This document shows, in pieces, positions 1 to 8,639 of a DNA stretch of 32,000 nucleotides. This DNA comes from Halogeometricum borinquense DSM 11551 (lineage in GTDB: Archaea > Halobacteriota > Halobacteria > Halobacteriales > Haloferacaceae), in contig NC_014729.1 in assembly GCF_000172995.2 (NCBI RefSeq), forward strand, positions 210,001-242,000. Direction: 5' to 3'. The translations under genes and the position numbers were made by a program. The notes beneath the pieces were generated by a model. The model did not search any database and was not told where the DNA came from. It was given only the letters and a program-made list of their open reading frames with translations. Numbering within the stretch: the stretch's first letter is position 1; each line of letters starts with the position of its first letter.

Positions 1-156
1 AATTGGCGTTCCGCACTCGTTGCAGTGCTTGTTCGACATCGTTGCGCCTTGTAGGAGGAGTTCGCTCATCCGCTGTGTCTCTTGGCGACGCTCCGTATCT
101 TTCTCGTACTTCTCGCGGAGACGCTGTCGCTCTGCTTCCTTATCGAAATCGCTCAT
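1..156 (-). CDS. 5' part of a small zinc-ribbon protein that continues past the left window edge; resembles the archaeal UPF0148 / 'Sjogren syndrome-scleroderma autoantigen 1 (p27)-like' family
   Basis: Hand translation of the minus strand from ATG (154-156) gives [52 protein letters not shown]..., open through base 1 (52 codons). It is absent from the ORF track only because it is truncated. A charged helical N-terminus is followed by a CxxC zinc-ribbon start. The family assignment is from memory of haloarchaeal annotations. Confidence 0.6.
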   Translation of the reverse strand, partial: MSDFDKEAERQRLREKYEKDTERRQETQRMSELLLQGATMSNKHCNECGTPI

Positions 157-289
157 ACACGAGACGAACGCGCTGTGCGTCGAAAAACCCACCGGGAGCG
201 ACGTTCCGTCGCCTTCTTCCGCTTACAATTCGACGGATGACGAACCCCTCATACGACGATACAGGCGCAGAGAAGGCTGTTCCGAAGCG

Positions 290-295
290 TTTAAT
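290..295 (+). promoter_or_regulatory. TATA-like box (TTTAAT) for mdh
   Basis: AT-rich hexamer centred ~30 nt upstream of ATG 323. The same spacing recurs at many genes in this window, consistent with leaderless transcripts. Confidence 0.35.
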
Positions 296-322
296 CGGAA
301 TCCGGAGCGTCATTTACGTGGT

Positions 323-1237
323 ATGACGAAAGTTAGCGTGGTCGGTGCCGCAGGGACAGTCGGTGCCGCCGCCGGGTACAACCTCGCACTTCGGGACATC
401 GTGGACGAACTGGTCTTCGTCGACATTCCGGACATGGAGGACAAGACGGTCGGGCAGGCAGCAGACACGAACCACGGAGTCGCGTACGACTCGAACACCG
501 AGGTCTATCAGGGCGGCTACGAGGACACCGCCGGATCAGACGTGGTCGTCATCACGGCGGGCATCCCGCGTAAAGAGGGACAGACCCGCATCGACCTCGC
601 GGGCGACAACGCACCCATCATGGAGGACATCGGCTCCTCGCTGGCCGAGCATAACGACGACTTCATCTCGGTCACCACCTCGAACCCGGTTGACCTCCTG
701 AACCGCCACCTGTACGAGGCGGGCGACCGCGACCGACACAAGGTCATCGGCTTCGGCGGCCGACTCGACTCGGCGCGCTTCCGCTACGTTCTCAGCCAGC
801 GATTCGACGTCCCCGTAAAGAACGTCGAAGCGACCATCCTCGGCGAACACGGCGACGCGCAGGTCCCCGTGTTCTCGAAGGTTCGCGTTGACGGTACGGA
901 CCCCGAGTTCACGGCCGACGAACGCGAGGAAATCCTCTCGGACCTCCAAGAGTCCGCGATGGACGTTATCTCGCGGAAGGGCGCAACCCAGTGGGGTCCG
1001 GCGACGGGCGTCGCCCACATGGTCGAAGCCATCGTCCGCGACACGGGCGAAGTGCTTCCGGGTTCGCTCGTCCTCGACGGCGAATACGGCTACGAAGACA
1101 CCGCGTTCGGCGTCCCCGTCAAACTCGGCTCCGACGGTATCGAGGAAGTCGTCGAATGGGATCTCGACGACTACGAGCAGGACCTCATGGACGACGCCGC
1201 CGAGAAACTCCGCGACCAGTACGACAAAATCGCATAA
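323..1237 (+). CDS. mdh: malate dehydrogenase (LDH-like, halophilic type), 304 aa
   Basis: ORF 20..1237 trimmed to in-frame ATG 323 ([25 protein letters not shown]...). Rossmann GAAGxVG N-terminus, [16 protein letters not shown] and GEHGD motifs, and very acidic composition. The upstream 101 codons of the ORF are Arg/Ser-rich and overlap the divergent gene and promoter. Confidence 0.97.
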   Translation: MTKVSVVGAAGTVGAAAGYNLALRDIVDELVFVDIPDMEDKTVGQAADTNHGVAYDSNTEVYQGGYEDTAGSDVVVITAGIPRKEGQTRIDLAGDNAPIMEDIGSSLAEHNDDFISVTTSNPVDLLNRHLYEAGDRDRHKVIGFGGRLDSARFRYVLSQRFDVPVKNVEATILGEHGDAQVPVFSKVRVDGTDPEFTADEREEILSDLQESAMDVISRKGATQWGPATGVAHMVEAIVRDTGEVLPGSLVLDGEYGYEDTAFGVPVKLGSDGIEEVVEWDLDDYEQDLMDDAAEKLRDQYDKIA

Positions 1238-1261
1238 CGACCCGCCCTCGCGGTCGTTTTC
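1238..1261 (+). terminator. hairpin plus T-run after mdh
   Basis: CGACC(C)GC-CCTC-GCGGTCG forms a 7-bp stem with one bulge (1238-1256), immediately followed by TTTT (1257-1260), directly after the mdh stop codon. Confidence 0.4.
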
Positions 1262-1317
1262 GATAGCGGACGTTTCAAACATCCATTATTTTGACCCCGC
1301 CGATGCAATACTAAGCT

Positions 1318-2265
1318 ATGGCTACCGAGTCCGCTACTCCCACTCATCTCGATACGGGGTCGCAGACGGTCGAAACACGCCGCGTTGGCGTCTTTCTCGT
1401 CGTCGCGTTCGGCGTCGCGTGGGCCACCGCGGCCGCCATCTACGCGACCGGCGGACTCACCGACAGTCCGATACTCGTCCCCCAACTCGGTCTGACTCTC
1501 TCGGCGATTCTTCTACCGACGGCGTACATGTTCGCTCCCACGGTCGGCAACCTCGTCGCACGACTCGCTACGGGAGAGGGTCTGTCGAACCTTCGACTCA
1601 GACCGCGTGTTTCCGGTTCACTCCGTGTCTACGCGGCCGCATGGTTCGTTCCCGCGGTTCTCACGCTCCTCGGTGCAGCGCTCTACTTCGCGGTCTTTCC
1701 CGAGCAGTTCGATCCGTCGCTCTCGGCGTACGCGGCGGCCCTACAGGCCGCTGGCGGCACTGTTCCGATGGACCCGTGGACGCTCGTTGCGATACAGGCC
1801 GCGTTGGCGCTCACTGTCGCGCCGCTTTTCAACGCCATCTTCGCCTTCGGTGAAGAGTTCGGCTGGCGAGCGTACCTTCTGCCGAAACTCCATCCGCTCG
1901 GCGCGCGCAAGGCCGCACTTCTCGTCGGCGTCGTTTGGGGCGTCTGGCACTGGCCGATTCTCGCCATGGGCTATAATTACGGGTTCGGCTACACCGGCGC
2001 GCCGTGGACCGGTTTTCTCGCCATGTGCGTCTTCACCGTCGCCACTGGTGTCTTCCTCGCGTGGGTCACGCTCCGAACGGACAGTGTCTGGCCCGCCGCC
2101 ATCGGTCACGGTGCGATAAACGCGATTGCTGGACTCGGAACGCTGTTCGTCGTCGGCCAACCGAACACGCTGTTCGGCCCGACCCCCGTCGGCGTCATCG
2201 CGGCGCTTCCGTGGGTCGTACTCGCGGCGTGGTTGCTCCTGCGTTCGGATTCGTTCGCGGCGTGA
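1318..2265 (+). CDS. CPBP-family intramembrane metalloprotease (CAAX protease/Abi-like), polytopic membrane protein
   Basis: 315-aa hydrophobic ORF with the family motifs EEFGWRAYLLP, VWGVWHWP and GHGAINA. TATA-like TTATTTT lies at 1286-1292, ~29 nt upstream of the ATG. Confidence 0.85.
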   Translation: MATESATPTHLDTGSQTVETRRVGVFLVVAFGVAWATAAAIYATGGLTDSPILVPQLGLTLSAILLPTAYMFAPTVGNLVARLATGEGLSNLRLRPRVSGSLRVYAAAWFVPAVLTLLGAALYFAVFPEQFDPSLSAYAAALQAAGGTVPMDPWTLVAIQAALALTVAPLFNAIFAFGEEFGWRAYLLPKLHPLGARKAALLVGVVWGVWHWPILAMGYNYGFGYTGAPWTGFLAMCVFTVATGVFLAWVTLRTDSVWPAAIGHGAINAIAGLGTLFVVGQPNTLFGPTPVGVIAALPWVVLAAWLLLRSDSFAA

Positions 2266-2272
2266 CCGCGAT

Positions 2273-3547
2273 TCACCCGGTGAGGACGCTCGCAACTGAC
2301 GGAATCACCTCGACGATGCCGACGGCGACGCCGTAACACGCCAGTGCGTGCGCCTTCGGTGAGTGGTCTGCGACACCCGCCTCCCTGTTCACGAACGAAT
2401 CTCCCTTCGAGACGTACAGTGCGGCTCGGTTCAGCAGGCACTTCTCGAAGAGGTTTCCAGTCGTCGAAAGCTCGTAGGCGGACTGAACGGCCCGTCGCTT
2501 CGTGTCGAACAACAGTCCACCGGAGACGGACGATTTACCCGACAGCTGTTCGACCGCTGCTTTGCCGGTCTCGAATCCGTGAAAGCTGGCGACCGCTTCG
2601 GCGAGGCGGATCGTTTCGAGTCCGGGCAAACTGTCGCTCCGTGCCCAGTCTGCGTCGTCGAGACTGTCTTCGCCGGGACGGAGCGTCATCAGTCGGTTCA
2701 GCCCCGTACTCCGCGGTGGTGGCGACTCTGACTCCACATCGATGCGGTGTGAGTCATACCACTCGTAGTCGTGCGAGAATTCCGCCGTCTGCTTTCGGTA
2801 TGTCGCGCGGGCTGACTGGAGACCGATGGGTGTCGGGTCGTCCTGCTCCGCGCGGAACGTCCGGTAAAACTGCCGAGCATCGCTCAGAAACCGGACCGAC
2901 CGCTCGTGGTTCCGGACGGCGTGCATGATTGCATTCTTCCGAACTGACGCGTCCAACTCGGCTAACTCCTCGCGGTCGAGTTTCGCGTTTTTCCCGGCTA
3001 TCATCGACGTGTGGAGCCACCGTTCGGCAAGTTCGATCCACGCAATCGTCTCCACGGGGTCGTCGCCCGTGTACTGAACCGCCTCTCGCACCTCGTCGAT
3101 TTCGGGGGCGGGACCGACGTTCGCGCGCGAGTCGTCGAGATGCACGTCGTCCAGTCCAGCGACGGCGGCACCGAACGTCTCGGCGACGAACCTGACGTAG
3201 TATCGAACTTGCTGAAGGGTGTCGAACGTCGGCGGCGTTCGACCATCGAGGAACTCGCGGGCATCTTCGAGGTAATCCGGGCCGCTCACGATCCGCTCGC
3301 TGTCGAATACGTTCGCCTCCTGTGCGCTCTGGACGACGGGCGTAGCCCGTTGGAGTAGAGCCCGGAGGTGCTCGACGGCGTCGTCGCGGTGCTCTTCGCG
3401 GACGTGCGCCACGTCGTGGTACACTGCCGTGCCCGGAAACGGAAGAGCGGATGCACCGCTGGCAGTACAGCCGGCGAGTGCAGTGATCCCGGCAGCTGCG
3501 ACTCCTCCACGGAGGAGAGACCGACGTGAGAGGGAGGGACCGTTCAT
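2273..3547 (-). CDS. Tat-exported lipoprotein of unknown function (424 aa)
   Basis: The N-terminus MNGPSLSRRSLLRGGVAAAGITALAGCT carries a twin-arginine motif (SRRSLL) plus a lipobox (LAGC). The mature part is acidic and helix-rich with no motif I recognise. TATATAT at 3573-3579 lies ~29 nt upstream of the start. Confidence 0.7.
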   Translation of the reverse strand: MNGPSLSRRSLLRGGVAAAGITALAGCTASGASALPFPGTAVYHDVAHVREEHRDDAVEHLRALLQRATPVVQSAQEANVFDSERIVSGPDYLEDAREFLDGRTPPTFDTLQQVRYYVRFVAETFGAAVAGLDDVHLDDSRANVGPAPEIDEVREAVQYTGDDPVETIAWIELAERWLHTSMIAGKNAKLDREELAELDASVRKNAIMHAVRNHERSVRFLSDARQFYRTFRAEQDDPTPIGLQSARATYRKQTAEFSHDYEWYDSHRIDVESESPPPRSTGLNRLMTLRPGEDSLDDADWARSDSLPGLETIRLAEAVASFHGFETGKAAVEQLSGKSSVSGGLLFDTKRRAVQSAYELSTTGNLFEKCLLNRAALYVSKGDSFVNREAGVADHSPKAHALACYGVAVGIVEVIPSVASVLTG

Positions 3548-3592
3548 GAATATCGGTTGACTGATGTGTGCTATATATCTTCTATCTGATGC

Positions 3593-3610
3593 TCATCGTA
3601 TAGACGATGA
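3593..3610. promoter_or_regulatory. perfect 7-4-7 palindrome TCATCGT-ATAG-ACGATGA in a divergent AT-rich intergenic region
   Basis: Read directly from the sequence. It lies between the divergently transcribed genes 2273..3547(-) and 3805..4167(+), so it is a candidate operator. No function is demonstrated. Confidence 0.3.
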
Positions 3611-3804
3611 CAGCGACAGAAGAACATCGTAAGAGCGACTGCCCACCCGACGACTGGAGTCTCGCCGAATCAGGAAATATTACAAAATTGATATTCATGC
3701 TCATACTAACGAAAACGACTGAACACGACTTCCGGGTTAACAGGCTGTTACGGTCCAGATATGGTGTGCGTAGTTAGGCGTGAACCGACCCTATAGCGGT
3801 ATGT

Positions 3805-4167
3805 ATGAGTGCAGATGTGTACCGGTACGGCATCGTGGACGGCGTCGCCGTGTTCGACCTCACGGAGTTCGAAATCAGCGGGGACACACTGCTCGAAGAG
3901 TTCTTTGGGACGGTCCAGAACGTGTTTGTCCGACCCGACGTTACCGCGTCGGTGTTCGTCTTGGGCGATGAGGGCGGAATCAGCAAGCGGTTCTTCCAAC
4001 GTTTCGATTTCCTCGTCTCACGGATCGAGGGATACGAGATAGGGCGCGTCGCTCTCGTCGGCCCGTCGGCAAAACAGGTCGCTCTCCGCGGTCGTTTCCG
4101 TGGGTCTGACGTGATCGTCGAAACGCCGGAGACGCCGCAGGAAGCGATGGACTGGGCGAGAGCCTGA
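3805..4167 (+). CDS. hypothetical small acidic cytoplasmic protein (120 aa)
   Basis: ORF with haloarchaeal-type acidic composition (MSADVYRYGIVDGVAVFDLTEFEISGDTLLEEFF...). No signal peptide, TM segment or recognisable motif. Confidence 0.55.
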   Translation: MSADVYRYGIVDGVAVFDLTEFEISGDTLLEEFFGTVQNVFVRPDVTASVFVLGDEGGISKRFFQRFDFLVSRIEGYEIGRVALVGPSAKQVALRGRFRGSDVIVETPETPQEAMDWARA

Positions 4168-4220
4168 GCGCCGAAAAAATACGGTTCGGATTCGATTCGA
4201 TTTGAGTTCGGCTCGGAGAC

Positions 4221-5528
4221 TTAGTCGCTCGTCTCGTTGGCCGTCTCGTCGGCCGGTTCGTTGGTCGCTTCCTCGGACGCTTCCTCTCGCGTCAGGTCAT
4301 ACTGGAAGCTCATGGTGTTCTCCGGCATGACGCGGAGCGTCCACTCGCCGGCCGCCGGTTCGTCAACGCGGTAGACGAACTCTTGGCCACCGCTTCGGAC
4401 GGCGTATTCACCGTCTTGCTGAGAGGCACGCGGAGAGCGACGGTCGCCGAGGTCAACGTGTCCGCTGTCGGTGACACGGACGCGCTCGGCGTTGACGACT
4501 TCACCGTCGGGCGAAACGAACTCCACGTCGAAGCTCACTTCGTCGCTGTTATCTGCGTTGTAGCGTTCCGGCATCAGCGTCAGCGACAGGTTGTCGGTCT
4601 CGTCACTCACCTGGAAGCTGGTCTCGAACGGCTCCGAGGGCTGCGTCCAGACGACGAAGTTCGCGTCGATGCGCTGCCAGTAATCATTGCCTTCCTCGCG
4701 GTTCGGATCTTTCAGACCCAGGTTGATCTCAGTGTCGTAGCGACCGCGGTCTGCGTTCTCGGGCGGCGAAACCGTGACCGAGACGGTCGCCTTCTCACCG
4801 GCTGCGACTTGGCTCGGACTATCGATGTCGATCCACGAGGGGTTCAGTTTGTTCGGGCAGTGGCCTCTGCAGTGACGACGCTCGGTCTTCACTTCCGGGC
4901 TCAGGGGGACAGCGCTGTCACCGGTGTTCTCGATGACGACTTCGCGGGTGAAGCTGTCGCCGGCCTTGACCTGGCCGTTGACGTAGGTGTCGGACAGAAT
5001 CTTCACCGTCGGTTCACGCCAGACATCGGCGGAGATGTGGGTCGAGTGGATCGGTCGAGCCGGACGGCCCGGATACGTCACCGTCTCGTCGGTGAACGCG
5101 ACGCGACCGCGGTAGTCAGCTGTTTCCACGTCCTCGGGAATCTCGACGCTGACGGTGTACTTGGCCGTCTCACCGGCGTCGATGCTGGAGGGACCGTCGA
5201 TGCTGACCCACTTTTTCTCCATCGGGTACTCCGACATCGGCGTGGTGACCAGGTGCGGGTTGACCTCGACGGACTCCTCTTCTCCGTTTTTCACGGTGAC
5301 CGTGTATTCGAGGGTCTCGCCGGGCTTGGCATCCCGGTAACTGTCCTCGGCGTCGATGAACAGTCGGGTGTAGTTAGCTTTCGTTTTCTCCTGTGCGGCG
5401 GCCGCCGATGTGTTCTCCGCGGCGGCGGCCGCTGTATTCCCGCTGTCAACAGCCGGAACGGCGGCCGCTGCGGGAATCGCACTCAGTACAACCAGTGCGA
5501 CTAACAGTAAATTGTGTCGTCGTTTCAT
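4221..5528 (-). CDS. secreted protein of unknown function with repeated beta-sandwich-like (CARDB/NEW3-like) modules, ~435 aa
   Basis: The Sec-type signal is MKRRHNLLLVALVVLSAIPAAAAVPA. Segments of the type 'AGETAKYTVSVEIPEDV..', 'AGDSFTREVVIENTGDSAV..' and 'AGEKATVSVTVSPPENAD..' recur, and the C-terminal tail is acidic. The track ORF starts at GTG 5543; ATG 5528 (MKRRH) is the more likely start. Confidence 0.75.
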   Translation of the reverse strand: MKRRHNLLLVALVVLSAIPAAAAVPAVDSGNTAAAAAENTSAAAAQEKTKANYTRLFIDAEDSYRDAKPGETLEYTVTVKNGEEESVEVNPHLVTTPMSEYPMEKKWVSIDGPSSIDAGETAKYTVSVEIPEDVETADYRGRVAFTDETVTYPGRPARPIHSTHISADVWREPTVKILSDTYVNGQVKAGDSFTREVVIENTGDSAVPLSPEVKTERRHCRGHCPNKLNPSWIDIDSPSQVAAGEKATVSVTVSPPENADRGRYDTEINLGLKDPNREEGNDYWQRIDANFVVWTQPSEPFETSFQVSDETDNLSLTLMPERYNADNSDEVSFDVEFVSPDGEVVNAERVRVTDSGHVDLGDRRSPRASQQDGEYAVRSGGQEFVYRVDEPAAGEWTLRVMPENTMSFQYDLTREEASEEATNEPADETANETSD

Positions 5529-5690
5529 GATTAATTTAGCCACAGCTCACTTTTTCGACCAAGCGATGGAGGGCTTGGGGAACTTGGAGCGGGGGCTACA
5601 GTCAGAGAGTTGTAGGATTATTTTAAATATCTTTTGTCACGTCCGATATCGCTACCTATCTGGAATGGCTTCGATGAGTCCGAATACGGC

Positions 5691-7436
5691 TCATTCGCCG
5701 CCGGACAGTCGCTGTTTGAGTTCCGTCGCTGTCTTCTCACCGACGCCCGGCACGTCAGTCAAGTCCGCCGTCGTCGCCGCCCGCACGTTTTCGACACTTC
5801 CGAACCGTCGTAACAGGGCACGCCGTGTCTTCTCACCGACGCCTGGCACGTCGTCGAGGACGGTCCGAACGTCGTCGCGGAGCGTCTGGTGGTACTGGAC
5901 AGCAAAGCGGTGTGCCTCATCACGGACGCGTTGCAGAACGTGCAGATGCGGCGCGTCCGAGGGCCAGTCGTATACACCGTCCGGCGTGATGACCAACTCC
6001 TCGTCTTTTGCCAACGCGATGGCTGGCACGTCCCACCCAACTTCTGTGAGGGCGTCTCTCGCCGCCCCGAGTTGGCCGTCGCCGCCGTCGATGAGGAGTA
6101 AATCGGGGTCCGGTCTGTCGTCTCGCCCTTCGACGGCGCGTTCGGCACGCCAGCGAATCAATGCCCGCATATTCTCGTAGTCGTCGTTGCGTTCGGGCAG
6201 TTTCTTTCGTCGGTAGTCTGCCTTCTCGGCACTTCCGTCCACGAAGCACACGTCGCTGCCGACGACGGCCTTCCCCTGTGCGTGACTCACGTCGAATCCT
6301 TCGATACGAGACGGGCGTGGGATGTCGAGTCGCTCTGCAAGTACGGCGAGTCCGTCGTCTCTGGTCGGGCCGCGGCGGGCGTTCTTCAACGCCAAATCGA
6401 TAAGTTTCGCTTCCCGGCCGGCACCCGGAACGCGAACGCTCACGCCCTCGACGTTCAACCACTCTACCACATCGTCGTCGTCCGGGCGTTCCGAGAGGAG
6501 AATCGCGTCGGGTAACTCGCGCTCGGCGTAGTACTGCGTGAGGAATGCTGAGAGGACGGCTGCGGATCGCTCACCTCCTTCTGGTGCATCGAGCCGGTGT
6601 CGGGATCGGTCTACGAGCTGGCCGCGTTCGCTGTGCAGGCGGGCCACTGTGGCTGCATCGCCCTCGATGGCGACACCGAGAACGTCTACCGCCCGTTCGT
6701 CCGATTGCGACGTCACTGCCTCCTCGCCTGCACCGTGGAACGATTCGACGGCTTCCAGTTTGTCGCGGGCGTTCGCCGCCCGTTCGAAGTTCTCCGCCTG
6801 CGCCGCCTCTTCCATCGTTCGACGGAGCGGGTCCGCGAGAACGCCCGTTTCGCCCTCGAAAAACCGAACGATAGATTCTACGTCTTCGCGGTAGTCAGAT
6901 TCAGCAATCTCGCCGGTACAGGGAGCCGTACAGAGGCCCATCTCGTAGTCCAAACACGGCCGGTCACGGTTGGCGTACTTGTGATCCGAACAGCCGCGAA
7001 CGCCGTACGTCTCGCGGAGGGCCTTGACGACCGTCTCGACTCGCCCTTTGTCCGTGTACGGACCGAACACCGTCGCACCCTCCTCGGGATCCCGTGTCAC
7101 CTCGATCCGTGGCACTGGATGATCCGTGAGTTGAACCAGCGGGTAGGACTTGTCGTCTTTCAGGCGGACGTTGTACCGAGGTTGATGTCGCTTGACGAGG
7201 TTCGCTTCGAGGAGGAGCGCCTGCGTCTCGGTGTCTGTGACGGCGAAGTCGATGGCTCCCGCGCGTTCGACCATCTGGCGGATGCGTTCGCCGCGTGGGT
7301 CGGCGTAGGATCTGACGCGGGCGCGGATATCCACGGCCTTCCCGACGTAGAGGACGGTGTCACCGTCGAGAAACTGGTAGACCCCGGGGTCTGTCGGAAG
7401 GTCGGTCGCGCGTTCACGAACGTCGCTCGCATCCAT
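5691..7436 (-). CDS. uvrC: excinuclease ABC subunit C
   Basis: GIY-YIG N-terminus ([27 protein letters not shown]), a UvrBC-interaction region, an RNase H-like endonuclease domain and a C-terminal (HhH)2 with DVPGVGEKT twice. The track start at 7445 is TTG; ATG 7436 (MDASDV...) is preferred. Confidence 0.95.
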   Translation of the reverse strand: MDASDVRERATDLPTDPGVYQFLDGDTVLYVGKAVDIRARVRSYADPRGERIRQMVERAGAIDFAVTDTETQALLLEANLVKRHQPRYNVRLKDDKSYPLVQLTDHPVPRIEVTRDPEEGATVFGPYTDKGRVETVVKALRETYGVRGCSDHKYANRDRPCLDYEMGLCTAPCTGEIAESDYREDVESIVRFFEGETGVLADPLRRTMEEAAQAENFERAANARDKLEAVESFHGAGEEAVTSQSDERAVDVLGVAIEGDAATVARLHSERGQLVDRSRHRLDAPEGGERSAAVLSAFLTQYYAERELPDAILLSERPDDDDVVEWLNVEGVSVRVPGAGREAKLIDLALKNARRGPTRDDGLAVLAERLDIPRPSRIEGFDVSHAQGKAVVGSDVCFVDGSAEKADYRRKKLPERNDDYENMRALIRWRAERAVEGRDDRPDPDLLLIDGGDGQLGAARDALTEVGWDVPAIALAKDEELVITPDGVYDWPSDAPHLHVLQRVRDEAHRFAVQYHQTLRDDVRTVLDDVPGVGEKTRRALLRRFGSVENVRAATTADLTDVPGVGEKTATELKQRLSGGE

Positions 7437-7548
7437 CTCCCGCAAATAACGCGCCGACGGGCTTGAGACTGACGTGCGACGAATCTGTCGTTACGTCGCA
7501 CTCGTCGCCGTTCTGCACCGATCGAAAACAGCTCACCAACTACAAACG

Positions 7549-8019
7549 TCAGCAGTTGTCGCCGTCCACGTCGTTCGCTGGTACGCCGCTTCGGCGATTA
7601 ATCGACAGTTGCGAGCTTTTACCAGACTGCCACGTTTTGTTGTCGATGAACTGATTGGTACCGCTGCCGTCGAGTCGATTCGTGTCGTCGCCGTTGAGAG
7701 CCTTCTTGAATGCACGTGCGGCGCGTTCGACATCCTGTCCCAACAACGTCACGTCGTATCGACCGTCTTTGGTCTGGTCGATCAGTCCGCCGTTTTCGAG
7801 CTTCGGAAGGTGGACGTGACCGAGCGATATCTCTACTTTTTTCGTCTTTGGATGATTTGGAACGTCAGCACGCAGCAGACGCTGCCGGCGAACGACAATT
7901 CGCCGCGCGAGTTCGTCACGGGCAAGCGGGCGTTCAGCACTGGTAAGCGTTATAAGTACATCTCTTCGACGTTCGGACGATAACAGTTCGTACAGTGTGT
8001 CCATGGCTTCCCTCCCCAT
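7549..8019 (-). CDS. winged-helix (ArsR/DUF7344-like) DNA-binding protein, putative transcription regulator
   Basis: MGREAMDTLYELLSSERRRDVLITLTSAERPLARDELARRI...HVHLPKLENGGLI is the typical haloarchaeal HTH pattern. Start was chosen at ATG 8019 because TTAATT (8046-8051) lies ~29 nt upstream; ATG 8004 is also possible. Hand-counted 60-nt samples give ~47-58% GC, against ~65% in mdh. Confidence 0.65.
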   Translation of the reverse strand: MGREAMDTLYELLSSERRRDVLITLTSAERPLARDELARRIVVRRQRLLRADVPNHPKTKKVEISLGHVHLPKLENGGLIDQTKDGRYDVTLLGQDVERAARAFKKALNGDDTNRLDGSGTNQFIDNKTWQSGKSSQLSINRRSGVPANDVDGDNC

Positions 8020-8133
8020 CCCACCGTGACAACTCTTCCCAACACAATTAACGTTTTCCCGAGTAAATGTCAATGTATCAATACCAAAACCGTACGCCGG
8101 TAGGTACAAACGTCCGCTGAGTGACGTGATCGT

Positions 8134-8424
8134 ATGGGCGACGCTGACACCGACGCGGAGGAAACAGTTCGCTGTTGGTTAGTCGAACGTACGTACACCG
8201 ACCGCGACCTCATCGATCTCGTGTACGCGACGCCGGACGGTAGCCGCGTCCGTCGCAAGCAGATTTCGGCGACGATTATGCGCCAACGTGGCGCTGAGGC
8301 GACCGCCGCGACGGATGTTTCCACCGCAAATCTCGACCCCGTAGCAGACGACCAGACGCGAGAACGCTACCGTGCCGAGGTAGAGCGTGTTCGGGCGGAG
8401 TACGACCCGGACGACGAACTGTAG
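8134..8424 (+). CDS. hypothetical small acidic protein (96 aa)
   Basis: ORF MGDADTDAEETVRCWLVERTYTDRDLIDLVYATPDGSRV... with acidic composition, divergent from the wHTH gene. It is followed by a hairpin, CCGAATCGG-AGTC-ATCGGTTCGG (8426-8448). Confidence 0.6.
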   Translation: MGDADTDAEETVRCWLVERTYTDRDLIDLVYATPDGSRVRRKQISATIMRQRGAEATAATDVSTANLDPVADDQTRERYRAEVERVRAEYDPDDEL

Positions 8425-8476
8425 TCCGAATCGGAGTCATCGGTTCGGGATGGTTGTACCCCGTTAGCTGAATTGA

Positions 8477-8546
8477 GGCGCTAAGCCCCCTTCCTCAGCG
8501 AGCGCCGACCGAACGGGAGGCGCGAGCAGGGAGGGGATACAGCGCC
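8477..8546 (+). repeat. left-end subterminal imperfect palindrome (nested hairpin)
   Basis: The outer stem is GGCGCT (8477-8482) / AGCGCC (8541-8546). The main stem is CCCCTTCCT (8487-8495) / AGGGAGGGG (8528-8536), 9 bp with one G-U. It closes a 32-nt loop containing an inner GCGCC (8502-8506) / GGCGC (8519-8523) hairpin. Confidence 0.6.
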
Positions 8547-8639
8547 GCACAGTTCTCATACACGATTCGGTGGCAGGCCCACAGGCCCACGCAATCATAA
8601 CGTTTTTTCAGTAGGGTTGTATAGTATTGGCCGAACCCA

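Noticed and set aside
20-322. N-terminal extension of the mdh ORF (also 3..326)
   Set aside because: The translation is Arg/Ser/Cys-rich and overlaps the divergent zinc-ribbon gene and the mdh TATA-like box. MDH homologs start at MTKVSV.
536-1282. 248-aa minus-strand ORF antisense to mdh
   Set aside because: It lies entirely inside and antisense to a confidently identified gene. It has Arg/Val/Gly-rich, non-acidic composition, as expected for spurious open frames in high-GC DNA.
4383-5504. 373-aa plus-strand ORF antisense to the secreted-protein gene
   Set aside because: Arg/Val/Gly-rich with no motifs. The opposite strand encodes a protein with a clear signal peptide and repeated domains.
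6597-7466. 289-aa ORF antisense to uvrC (plus several shorter ones across 5410-7501)
   Set aside because: uvrC is unambiguous on the minus strand. The antisense frames are Arg-rich high-GC artefacts.
8425-8639. Possible tRNA or other structured RNA gene in the 215-nt gap before tnpA
   Set aside because: I could not fold a cloverleaf or find conserved T-loop/D-loop elements. The structure is better explained as the IS left-end hairpin, which mirrors the right end.
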